The notes beneath the pieces are model-generated. The model was given only the letters and a program-made list of their open reading frames with translations, searched no databases and had not been told where the DNA came from. DNA of 57,407 bases. It comes from Rhynchopus sp. YZ270_cl-10. Taxonomy: Eukaryota. The position numbers and the translations under genes are program-made. Shown here in pieces: positions 1 through 11,153 of this stretch; the first letter of the stretch is position 1; each line of letters starts with the position of its first letter. The stretch spans positions 1,674,001 to 1,731,407 of the forward strand of contig OZ037847.1 in assembly GCA_964035575.1 (NCBI GenBank), written 5' to 3'.

Positions 1-311
1 CTCCAGAAGTGTTATTTTTTTGTGAAATGGGTCAGATCAGAGATAAGAGTCAATCCTTGCATCTCTGCCACCCTAGTCGATTTCATGGAATACATTGTAT
101 TAAAAAAAAACACACTGGATAATGTCTTTGCAATACAGGATTTTTTCCAACAGAACTCTCACAGGGGGACAGCCCCCCCACAAAAGAACAAACCGATACG
201 GAAAAAAAGTTATCCTTCATTTTTACCTCTGTTTTTTACGCTCAATGGTCTTGTGTATAACATTCCAACCACAGGGTACACTTTTGAAGTTTCCCCCAAC
301 AACACACGACA

Positions 312-1905
312 ATGCACCCTGAATCAAACGGCCCTCGATGTCTTCCGTCTGTTGATGTCGTGAGCAGCACACTGCAGGTGGAGAACCAACTGCTCAAGAG
401 CCAGCTGCAGGCGCTGGCGACAACGATGAAGACGATGAAGATGGAGAACAACCAGCTCCACGAGCAGAAGGCACGTCTTGCACAGTATGTCTTCTAGATA
501 ATTACTCATTCAACTTTATAGAATCAAGGGGGGGTCTACCTATTGGAGTGGCACATCTTATAAAGTCGGTGGCGCATCAGCATCAATAGAGGGTGCCTTA
601 TGCCTCACGGGTTTTACCCCATTAGTTATTACCGCGACTGTATTGCACACCTCTACCGTCAATGGGACATCCACCCATTCTTTTCAATCACTACTTAGCT
701 TATGTACCACACCACACCAAAGGGCCATATTCTGCGCAAGAATTACCCTCACTAGGCATTCCACCACACCACACCACAGAGAACGTGACGAACTGATGAA
801 GAGTCTGAACGAAGCGGACGCGAAGTGCAAACAAAGCCAGCTCCTGCGCGACAGAGTTGTTGTGCTTGAGGCTGAGCTGGAACGCCTTGCGGAGTACGTC
901 ACCGAAACAACCCAGGCACTGACCGCACAGCAGCAGGAGAAACGCCACCAGGACGCAACCCTGCAGCAGACACGCGACGCGCACCACAACCTCCAAGAGG
1001 AGGGTGTGGCATGCAAAGGCGCGCTCACAACACTGCTGCACAGACTGCACTCCCTGACGGTGAGCATGCTCCCCTCCTTCACCGCAGCAGAGACGAAGGA
1101 CGACGCCTCCACTCTCGACATCACAGAATGTCTCTCCGACGGTGTCGCCTTTCTCTCAGAAGTCTTCAAGGCACGCACAGAAGCGTCCTTCATGATCCGC
1201 GAGAAGATGAAGACCGAGCAGCTTGAGCTGCAGGCACGCATCTCCGTTGGCCAGCATAAGGAGACTGTTCTCCAGGAGGGGCTGCGCATGAGTGAAGACA
1301 ACATCGTCAAGGAGCGGGAGATGTTCCAGGCACAGCTTGCCGAGGCGGGCGAGCGTGCGCACACTGAAGCCGAGCGTGCGCAGGCGGGGGTGGCGGAGTA
1401 CCAGAAGCACCTTGAGGCTGCGGAGACGGAGATCCAGAAGGCTGCCTCCGCGAAGGCGGCTCTGGAGCGCGATATGTCTGAACGCGAGAGCGAACTTTCT
1501 GCGCTTGAGGAGCAACTGAAGAAGGAGGCTGCCGCACGTCGCCACCTGCAGCGCCTGCTTGGCGAGGAGCAGAACCACCGTGCGCTGTGCGAGCGCCAGG
1601 TGAAGGAGATGCGTCTGCAGATGAAGCTCTGCGGGCTGGGGGCGACACCGACGCTGAAGGAGGAGGACCTCGTCAACATGGTGACACGCCTCAACACAGA
1701 GCAGGGTGCGCTGGAGGTCGAGAACTGCAACCTGAGGGACAAGCTGCATGGTGTGCCACACACAGACGACTCTGACACAGACTACGGCGAGGACTCCCTC
1801 AACGAACAGGTCCAAGTGGCGATGGACAACAGTGGCGCCGACATCGCCCTAGCAGAGACGCTTCTAGAGAGAAAGATGAAGAAGCTTGCTGCATTGCAGC
1901 ACTGA
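312..1905 (+). CDS. Coiled-coil protein of unknown function, 2 exons (312-484, 780-1905)
   Basis: ATG in an ACAATG context. GTATGT donor at 485 and CACCACAG acceptor ending at 779 join the 312 ORF in frame to the 643..1905 ORF (CA|A GAA CGT). Product is E/Q/K/L/A-rich and heptad-like. Confidence 0.8.
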
Positions 1906-2243
1906 GGGTTTAGACGTAGGTAGATAGGGGATAGAGGGATAGAAGGATAGAGGGGATATGCCCATCCTTTCGGAAGTTAAACAAACATCCAAACAACCCC
2001 TGCCTGGGGGTGGCGAGAGTAGGAAGAGCCGGAGCGTGGATAGAAGTTGCCATGCATTGCATCTCCATACACATTTTCCTCACCGCGCGTGTGCAGTCAC
2101 ACGTGTAGATTTTAGCGATTAGAGTTTAAAAAAAAAAAAAGTGGGGGTTTTTTATTCTTTTGGGGAAGGTCCGAAGGAGGGATGAACACCCCACACCCCA
2201 CATCGAAACCACAGCAAACCTAAATACACACCACCACACAACA

Positions 2244-2558
2244 ATGGCCGCCGCCGCCGCTAGAGAGCTCGCCAAGCCTTTTGGTGACGACGTTGCGTCC
2301 GGGAAGGTGCTGATCTTCAGCAAGTCGTACTGCCCCTACTGCGTGAAGGTGAAGGACCTGTTCAAGTCTGTCGGAGCTGACTTCAAGGTTGTTGAGCTGG
2401 ACAAGATCTCGAACGGCTCTGATGTGCAGGCAAAGCTTGCCCAGGCGACGGGACAGCGCACAGTGCCGAACGTCATCATCGGCGACAAGCACATCGGCGG
2501 ATGCGACGACACACAGGCACTGCACAAGAGCGGCGAACTCAAGAAGCTTGCCGCTTAA
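2244..2558 (+). CDS. GRX: Dithiol glutaredoxin
   Basis: FSKSYCPYC active site plus TVP and IGGCDD motifs. ACAATG start at 2244; the ORF-track start at 2160 is a non-ATG extension. Confidence 0.95.
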   Translation: MAAAAARELAKPFGDDVASGKVLIFSKSYCPYCVKVKDLFKSVGADFKVVELDKISNGSDVQAKLAQATGQRTVPNVIIGDKHIGGCDDTQALHKSGELKKLAA

Positions 2559-3194
2559 GTGTCGCAACAGTGTCTATTGTTATTTTAGTTTTAACCAGAG
2601 GGCGCAACCCAACGTTTTGCCCTATTATTGAAGCATTTCTTTTGAATTTATAGGATTATGTTTGGGCAACCCAATGTAATCCCTTTTGTTTTCGGCTAGC
2701 CAACTCTGCAAACCGATTCAGAAATCATGAGATATGATTTCAAATGTTATGCAAATCGTTACCATGGCATTTTCAAAAAGAAAAAAATCTGAGAATTTCA
2801 TCTCTCTGAAGCTCTTTGGATTTCTCAAATTATCGTAGTGGTTCAGATCTCGAATTTCATCTAAAATTAGTTCAGAGAAGAGATCATCAAACCACGCACG
2901 ATTTTTCCTTTGAGCGATTCGATAAGCTAATTGAGGGTTAAAGAGTTTTGGCATTACGAAAGCAAAAAAATTAAATATCTTTTTCCCGACTGTTTTCCGA
3001 GGGTACAAAATAAATTCGTCGATTAAAAAAAGACACCCTCTATGCAGTTCGTCTAACTTCTGGGAATGGGTCCTTTTTTCAGAAAAAATTATTTATAAAA
3101 CGCAAGACACGTTTATTTGTTTCCTCTCTTTAGTTCTTTCTCCATTTCCCTCCCCCCTTTCTTCCTCTCTGCCACCTCTCGCCTCACAGAAACA

Positions 3195-3698
3195 ATGCAA
3201 AATGAACCTCGGTTTGGTCAGGAGGCAATGGAAGAAGTGTTACAGAAGCGCCGCTTGCATAGAAAGGCAATAGAACTGATGCTGCGACACGAGCCTGAGC
3301 AGATGGTCGACTTGGTTGCTATCTTCGAGGAGTGGAAGGGGCGGGAGAACGAACTTGTGGCGATGCTGACAAAGAAGTATCGCAACGCTGTGCAGAAGCA
3401 GACGACAGAAAAGGACGTCGCAGGCATCCTGCAGGTCAAGGGAAGCAGCACCGATGAGCACGTGCTCATCGCTATGGACGTGCTGCAAGGCATGGACATC
3501 ACGCTCAGAGCAGCCGCCACACGCACCCTCTTCACGAAGGCGTCCCCACACAGCAACACCACAGAGTACCTCGAAGCCGTGCACCTTCTCAACTACCTGC
3601 GCGACGCGTCCACACACCTCCAAATACACTTCGGTCGTGCGCCCGGTTCAGCACCCACCATAGCCAGGGAGCTGGCGTTTTTATCCACGATGCGTTGA
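3195..3698 (+). CDS. Hypothetical protein
   Basis: ACAATG start and GC3-rich codon usage like neighbouring genes; no recognisable domain. Confidence 0.65.
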   Translation: MQNEPRFGQEAMEEVLQKRRLHRKAIELMLRHEPEQMVDLVAIFEEWKGRENELVAMLTKKYRNAVQKQTTEKDVAGILQVKGSSTDEHVLIAMDVLQGMDITLRAAATRTLFTKASPHSNTTEYLEAVHLLNYLRDASTHLQIHFGRAPGSAPTIARELAFLSTMR

Positions 3699-3932
3699 TC
3701 TGTGGCCGAAACTGGGATGTGCATGTGTTTATGTCTCCTGTGACGCAAAGGTGCTTCAGAGGTGCGATGGCCCTCTCGGAGCGTGAGTGCATCCATAGGG
3801 GTTTGCACTTCACTTTATGTAGATTTTTTTGTATTAGAAACTTAAGAACGGTTTTCCTCTTTCATTTTCAGACCCCACCCCACCCCACCACCACCACCAC
3901 CACCATCCACCTGCAGTGGGAAAGGGAATGTA

Positions 3933-4985
3933 ATGGCAAAGGCGACAGATAGAGAGATACATCTTCGCGAAGGGGTGTATGTGTTCCCGTACCGTATCAC
4001 CAACCTGCCAATAGAGCGCACGCGCAAGCCGCCGTACCCTGTGCGGGAGATGGTGCAGCAGGGTGTGTGGGAGCAGCAGACGCAGGCGCTGCTTGTGTGC
4101 CACCACTGCTTCCAGCCCTTTGCTGCGCTGGGCCAGAAGCGTGTGTACAAGGACCACATCATCTCGTGCACCCCACGCGGCAAGGTTGTGTATCATGACC
4201 CCAAGACAACGCTCACAGTGCGCGACTACAGTACTCTGCAGCACACAGGCGAGGCAGACGTGTGCTCGAACCTGGCCTCCCTGATCGGGACCTTCGTGCG
4301 CGACAAGATCTCCTACACAGACATGGCACCGTTGTGCATGTTTGCGTTGTACTCAAGGGAGCCAAGGCCACGTTCCATGGTGTCCAACCCGCCACCCGAA
4401 GGAGTACTGGTCTCACCAAACGTGCCCGCAGACGTGACTGTATACGACAACGTCCTAGTCGGTGCCTTCAGCCACCAGGCCATGCCTGTCCCGGGCAGTG
4501 CGTGCCACCCGAATGCGATCTCCTGCTTTGCGGTGCTGCCGCCGTACAGGCAGCGTGGCTTTGGAACGTTCATGGTTGAGTTCGCACGCAGCATTGCAAC
4601 ACGAGGCGACCCGCTGCACCTGCGCCCCTTTAGCGTCGAGCGGCCGTTGTCGATGCGTGGGAGGAACTCGCACCGTAAGGTGTGGCGCAGGGAGTGCTGC
4701 CGGGCAGTCACAGCATTGCAGAAGCGGACGAGGCGCGGGAGGAGCACGTTCACCCTTGCGCAGGTGGCACGTGAGGCACGCATGGCTGAGGAGGATGTTG
4801 TTTCCACGCTGCGTTCCTACAGAATCCTTAGCAAAGGCGAAAGTGGTGGCGGCCCTGTACTTTGGATGGGCGAGAGCGTGAAAGAGGGGTGTGCGAGCGA
4901 AGGGCTGTTCAATGCCAAGGCCGTCCTCGACAGCTACCAGCCAGTGGTGCGGATACATATGCGCAGCCCCTCGCGAGGCGACTAG
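3933..4985 (+). CDS. MYST-family (MOZ/SAS) histone acetyltransferase, divergent
   Basis: C2HC-like finger (VCHHC...DHIISC), ISCFAVLPPYRQRGFG acetyl-CoA motif, ERPLS catalytic-Glu motif, C-terminal TLAQVA...EDVVSTL helix motif. Confidence 0.88.
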   Translation: MAKATDREIHLREGVYVFPYRITNLPIERTRKPPYPVREMVQQGVWEQQTQALLVCHHCFQPFAALGQKRVYKDHIISCTPRGKVVYHDPKTTLTVRDYSTLQHTGEADVCSNLASLIGTFVRDKISYTDMAPLCMFALYSREPRPRSMVSNPPPEGVLVSPNVPADVTVYDNVLVGAFSHQAMPVPGSACHPNAISCFAVLPPYRQRGFGTFMVEFARSIATRGDPLHLRPFSVERPLSMRGRNSHRKVWRRECCRAVTALQKRTRRGRSTFTLAQVAREARMAEEDVVSTLRSYRILSKGESGGGPVLWMGESVKEGCASEGLFNAKAVLDSYQPVVRIHMRSPSRGD

Positions 4986-5260
4986 AGAGTTTGCGGGTTT
5001 ACGGGTTATCTGTGTTCCTTATACACAGTGCCCTACGTGTTGTGGCGAGCCCAAAATAAAGCAAGTTTATTCAAACAGTTTTAGATGCTAAGAAAGAAAC
5101 GCGGAAAAGACAATTTGTTTTTATGTACTTTTCCAACACGGCTTCTTTGGACCTCCATATAATGTCCGCACAAGCTTCTCTTCTCCCACTTCCCCCCACC
5201 ACCCACCACCCACCACCCACCACCACCAGGTTATTATCTAAACTCTTCACCTCTAAAACA

Positions 5261-7028
5261 ATGTCCCGCTTCCCGGAGGAAAACATGTCGACTGCAAGCG
5301 ACGTGAGCTTCGACCCCTATGGCGACCTTCCCGTTGAGTACACGAACCCGCCTCCTCTGACTGCACCGCAGCAGCCCCAGCAGCAGCAGCAGCAGCCCAG
5401 CGCACACATGCCCTACGGCAACTACCAGCAGGCGCACACCATGCACGTTGCACAGCCCATGTACATCACTGTCGTGCACCCGAGTGGCCGCACTGCCTGG
5501 GTCCCCGTCCCCGACGGCGCGTCCCTCAACTCCGTGAAGGAGGAGGCCTGCAGGCAGCTTGGCGTGCAGGACGCAACCCAGCTTGCACGCGTCACCCCGA
5601 TGCTGGAAGATGTATGTCATCCCCAAACCCTCCCTTCCCACCACACCTTTGCAGACACCCATGGCCAGCCAGTGCATGCCGAATGACACACTCTACATCC
5701 TCCCCACCAAGACTGCCCCGGAGAACCAGCAGCAGCAACCGCAGCAGCAGCAGGCAGCAGCACCCATGTACCAGGACCTGCAGACGTCGCAGCCGGTGTC
5801 GCCGCTGAACCCCTCTATGCCGAGCACACCGCTGAGCATGTCGGGGTCCTTCCCGACCGCGGCGAGCATGTACCACAACGCACCGTCGTCGTTCTCGCAG
5901 AGCAACACACAGCTGAGCATGTCGGGTATGTAGAGGTGCTCTCCTTGTGAACCCACCGCTCCACCACACACCACCACACAGGTTCCGTGAACTGGCAGCA
6001 GCCATCGCTCGAGGAGAAGCTCGCCACCGCCGCCACAAGCTTGACAACAATCATCTCGCAAAGCAGACACTGCACGGAGCTCCAGCAGGACCTCGAGACT
6101 GCCTACCAGGCAGGCATCGACTGCTCGGCCGTCTTCCAAACCGCAGAGGCAATGCTGCCGGACCTGATCCTGCACCCGTCTGGAAACTACCTTGTGTCGA
6201 AGTGCTTCGAGCTGTGCCCGACCCTCATCGACAGAGCCGTTGATGTCATCACATCTGACGTATGTCATTGCAAAGCAAACATATAATGAAAACTGTCTGT
6301 GAGACGCCAAACTAGCACATTATCAAAATACCAAACCCACACAGGTGCGCATGTACGCCCTTCACAAGCACGGCTCGTACGTCGTGGAGGCGATCCTCGT
6401 GAGCCAGAACGCGAGCAAGGAGGCCAAGGGAGGTCTGATCTCGTCGCTGCTGAGCCCCACGAACCGCGTTGGTGTCGCGACACACGACTCGGGTAACTTT
6501 GTTCTGCAGAAGGCTATTGAGTATGCATTACCCCAACCACCACCCCACCACCACCACCACCACCACCCAGGAACTGCCCGGACGAGCTTCTTATGCTTCT
6601 TCAGGACGCTGTGCAGGCGGTGTTCCGCATGTCGACTCACGGACCGAAGATGCTTAAGAAGCTTGAGTCGCGTATTTCGAAGTCGCAGCAGGCACAGAAC
6701 GTGCACGTTGCACCTGTGGCGCAGACGAGCACACTGCCGCTTCCTGCCTCCACTGTGACGTACGTGAACCACGAGGCACCCACTGCCGTTGAGCAGCCGG
6801 AGGAGCACAAGCAGGAGGTTGTCGAGGCTAAGTCCATCAAGAAGGTCGAGATGAAGGAAGTCCGCAACACAAGGAAGGAGGCCATGCGTGTCCCCACCTC
6901 CACCCACTGGGCTGACGTTGAGGGACCCCTGTCCCCGCCGCCGCTGGTATGCCATGAGCACAACCATAATTCTTGTCAAACACATCCACACACCACAGTT
7001 CACTGAGTCCTGTGTGCCCCTCCCCTAG
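5261..7028 (+). CDS. Pumilio/PUF-repeat RNA-binding protein, 6 exons (5261-5611, 5655-5925, 5982-6259, 6345-6520, 6571-6946, 6999-7028)
   Basis: Five GTATG...CAG introns. The first four restore frame across several ORF-track fragments; the fifth leads to a short last exon ending in TAG. PUF-like repeats HPSGNYLVSK, HKHGSYVVEA, HDSGNFVLQK. Confidence 0.82.
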
Positions 7029-9402
7029 TAGCTTTGGGGTTGTGACCTTCTTAGAGCGCCGTAGAAATCAAAAAGAAAAAACATACGTATAGCCCCCTTT
7101 AGACTTCCCATACCCCATTCACGGTCTCCATCGGGAAAGTACCTTGGAAAACAAAGTTGCAAATATTTACAGACAAAAAATAAATAAATCAGTCTCCTAC
7201 CTGAGATACTATAAAGAATCCAACCAAAGAAAAGGTTTCCGCAAAAAGGAGTTAACATTCTGGGAAGCTTTTTTTGTGTTTCTTTCTTATGAATCTCTGG
7301 TGAAAAGAGATTGAAAAAAAGAGCGCTGCTTTTATGCCGTCCTTTTTGTTGTATTTTCTTTGCACTCCTCCGTACCATATATTACCGGTTTTCTTGCTGC
7401 TTACAGTTCCCCCCTTATTTTTTCATCTTTTTTTTTTTTCATTTTTTAGATCCCACACTTTTTATTTTTGTGAATCCTCCTTGCCCCCTTCCCTTCCCTC
7501 TTTTTTCTTCAAAAGGTTTCTTTTGCCAAAAAACCCTCAACAATCTCATTTTCACAAAAATAACAAAAAATATCGCAGCCCACCCTGGAAATTCAGTTTT
7601 ATTCCAGGTGACGTTTTTAGATATCTTGGAGCCGCGAAAGCTCCACCATTTTTTTTTTTTGATATTTTTTTATTTGTTTTTTTGAGAGCAACAGCGTTGA
7701 GCGGAAGGCCCAGTCTGTTCAAAAAAAAGGATAAAAGGATACTATTTAGGGGTAAAAACCTATAGTATAAAAATGATTTTGGCGTCTGAAGCCGTCGAAG
7801 TGATTTCTGAAAAAAAAAACGCCTTCCCCAATTTTTTACCCAATTGCTTTTCAAGTTTTGAGGAGGGGAGAATGTGGAAAGCGAAATGCAAAGGAGATAT
7901 TTGTGTACACGGTGGTTCTGTGTCTTTATGACAGTCTGCTACAAAACACAGTTTTGTTTTGTTTTACACTTTTCGACTTTGTTGTGCTCTCTGTTTTCCT
8001 TTCAGTTGATGAAAAGCAAAAACTTGTCCGATATTATATTTTTCGTGTCCATATTGTAGTCAAAGCCTTTACCCCCTTCCTATTTTCCCCTTAGATCTTC
8101 TCCCTTATCCCTCCCCCTTTTGTTAGTTTTTTTCTGTTGTGAAAGGGATGGGATCACGTCTTTTTCTTTTTTTGGTTCTATTTTTTCAGTCGCTGACAAC
8201 AAAGAAATATTGTTGCGCGAGTAGGTAGGACGAAGGAAAAGCAAAACAGACAAAAAAAATATTATATTATAGCAAACAACGATTCGAACAACGACCATGT
8301 CTTATAACGCCCCACCCCTTTCATCTATGGGAAAACAAGAAAAAAAACCATTTAAAAAAAATGCGTGTCACGACGGTGCACACATTGCAAAAGGAAAACA
8401 CAAAAAAAAAATACAAAAAAGAAGAAGTCCAACACTTTGCAAAAACCCCCAAAAAAAAATTAACCTACAAACAAAAACAACAAAAAAAACAAAAAAAAAG
8501 CGAAAAGAATAGTGGAAATTCCACACAAAATAATGACATTTGCACTATTCTAACACCTTTTTTTTTTCCCCTTCAAAAAATACAGTACCTCACCTCACCA
8601 ACTTTAACCACCTATCTGCCTCTCGTCTTCATCTCTGCACCTCTGCCAGATCACCGATAGCGGCACGGACCGATTCCCATCATCCTGCTGTTCTCCTTCA
8701 CGCGCCAACAGGAGTCGGTTCTGCCCCAGCACCACCCCAAGCACATCCCCGCAGCATTTGCGTGCCGCGTTGATCGCGCTCCTCCTGTCGACTGCTTTTT
8801 TGAGCGGCAGCACCGGCAGCAGCTCCCGGCCAAGGGTGAAGGGGGCGACCTTCCAGAAGATGCCGTCTTGGCCGCTGGTGGATAGTACTTCGTCTACCGA
8901 CTTCGATGGGATGCGCACAGAAAGTTGCCGTCCGGTTACTTTTAAAACTTTCCACATATGACCTGCACGCCCTTGGGGAGGGAGCGTCTGCACAGCTTCT
9001 TCATCGTCGCGTCGGTGCTGTGCTCCACAGACGTCCATATCTTGTATAAGACGGTATGTTGCCTATGCAGCTACCGTCATGTACATCACAGTGGTAGCTG
9101 TTTTTGGCGGGTTGCCGCTTCGAGTCGCGCCTGCACCCCGACTTCTCGCTTCCCGATGTTGCCCACCGTGTAGATGTGGTACGGGCGTACGACACCCGCA
9201 CCATCGCGTCAGCAGTGACACCGGCACCATCGCGCTTTCCTCAAACGGGTACGGGCAAAGAACGGCGTACCCCTCCGCATCCTCGACCTCGTCCCACACA
9301 CACCATTACAGTACCCCCTCTCTTCTCTTTCCTTCAACAAAAGGCACTTTTCGTTCTTTTCTCTTAGCCTTCTTGTTTACACAAATCTAAGGTACTGACC
9401 TG

Positions 9403-9861
9403 ATGGCTGTCATCGTGGTTGACATGGAGGATGTAGACGATGTCAGCGAGGAGGAGGACATGAGCATCGCAGAGCTGCAGGAGACAGTGAAGCAGCAGAG
9501 GGAGCTGATCGAGCTGCAGAAGGACTGTGCGCGCAATAAGGACGATGAGTGGGCGTACCTCGTGGAGCAGAAGAACGACGAGATTGCGCGTTTGCGGGAG
9601 CGTGTGTCGAAGATGCAGTTCGACATGGCCATGCAGTGCAACTCCTGTAAAGGAAAATGCTTCTGCGAGCAAATCGCAAGCCTCCAGGAAGCGCTCATCA
9701 CTGCGCGAAAACCCCTAAAAATGCGCGAGTTTTGCGTCCCCGTCCCGACGAAGCGGGCGGCATCCTCAGCATACACAGGGATGTCTGCACCCACTGCAGA
9801 AGATCTGTCTCAGCATTTCAAACGTCTCCGTATTGATGGAGGTGTCACTGCGAGTGCATAA
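9403..9861 (+). CDS. Small acidic coiled-coil hypothetical protein
   Basis: 152-aa ATG ORF with coding-like codon bias, a heptad pattern and a CxxCxxxCxC cluster. Confidence 0.7.
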   Translation: MAVIVVDMEDVDDVSEEEDMSIAELQETVKQQRELIELQKDCARNKDDEWAYLVEQKNDEIARLRERVSKMQFDMAMQCNSCKGKCFCEQIASLQEALITARKPLKMREFCVPVPTKRAASSAYTGMSAPTAEDLSQHFKRLRIDGGVTASA

Positions 9862-11153
9862 TTACCAAAATTCTCATTTTTTTTTTGTAACATTACCCTA
9901 TTCAAAGAGTCGTCTCAGAGAGGAAAACATGCCTCAAGTGGCATGTTCTTTGTGTGTGCACGAGAAGCGCATTCATTTTGCTAGTTTTCTTTGTGTATGG
10001 ACCCTTTATGGGGTCCGAAAGGGGGGTAAGTTAGTACCCCTACGCACAGAGCATACCGCCCTAGTCTATCCCAAAGAGTTATCTCCTATCCCCTTTTTGG
10101 AAGTTTTCTTTTTAGCAATACTGCAATTTTCAGGTCTGTCTCCCGCAATGGTATGCATTGTGGCGTCTTTTAGTTTTCTTATAAAAGAAACTGAAACGAA
10201 AAAAAAATGCGATTTTTTTTTTCGTTTCACTTTCCATGCCATGTTTAGTTTTTGTCTCAGGGGTTGTTCTCAAATCTTGGATCGCAAAAAAAAAAAAAAA
10301 GCGATTTTTCCAGTATTCCGTTTTGTAAAGGTACAAAGCTTAGATCTGGTGAGACGTGGGTTGCACTGTGCTGTGGACATAGTACCACGCTGTTCATAGT
10401 TTATAAAGCAAAGAGTATAATGGAGTTCATCCTCGGATGTCTACACTACGAGCCAAAAGAACCAAAAAAGAGCGAAATAAAGCGAAAAAAATGGAAAGTC
10501 TCTCTTTTCTTGTGTGGTTACCCTACACAACGAGCTCACTTTGGGGGTTTTTTTCCCTCGAGAATAATACCATCTAATTTCTTCACATTGTTTAAGAGGG
10601 AAATGGTTGCCATTCAAACGTCCGTCCTGTGTGGTTGTTGATGGAGAAAGCTTTTGCCTCCAACTTGGGCACGAAGTTAATTGTACTGGACAAAAGACCT
10701 TAGTAAACGCCTTCGGGTTTACATTAAGTGTGTGCGCACCTATCTTGATATGTGTTGACACACACGATGCAAAAAAATAAATGTTGTGACAATTTGTATT
10801 TTTTTCCTTGCCTCATATCGTGCTGTCCGACATAATTCTGCATAACAAAGAAATTAGTAGCAAGCTTAGTCTCGGGCAACTACACTACACTTCCAAACAA
10901 ATGTTCAAACAAAACATTTTATTTTGGGGGTAAAAAAACTGTCTTTTTTCCCGTTGCTTCTGCCCATTCCTCATAGGAGTTTATGGGTTTGCCCACCTCA
11001 CTCTCCCTTTTTCTCTCCCTTTTTTTGGTCTCTGAAAAACCACCTTCTTGGATTGACAACAAACATCTGCGCTCTCTCACTTCTTTTCAATCTCCCTCCT
11101 CCTCCATCTCCTCACCCATCTCCACCACCGCCAAATTTTTTTTAGGTGATAAA

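Noticed and set aside
7030..8580. Lys-rich and Phe-rich ORFs in AT-rich stretches
   Set aside because: They are translations of poly-A/poly-T tracts in UTR or intergenic DNA.
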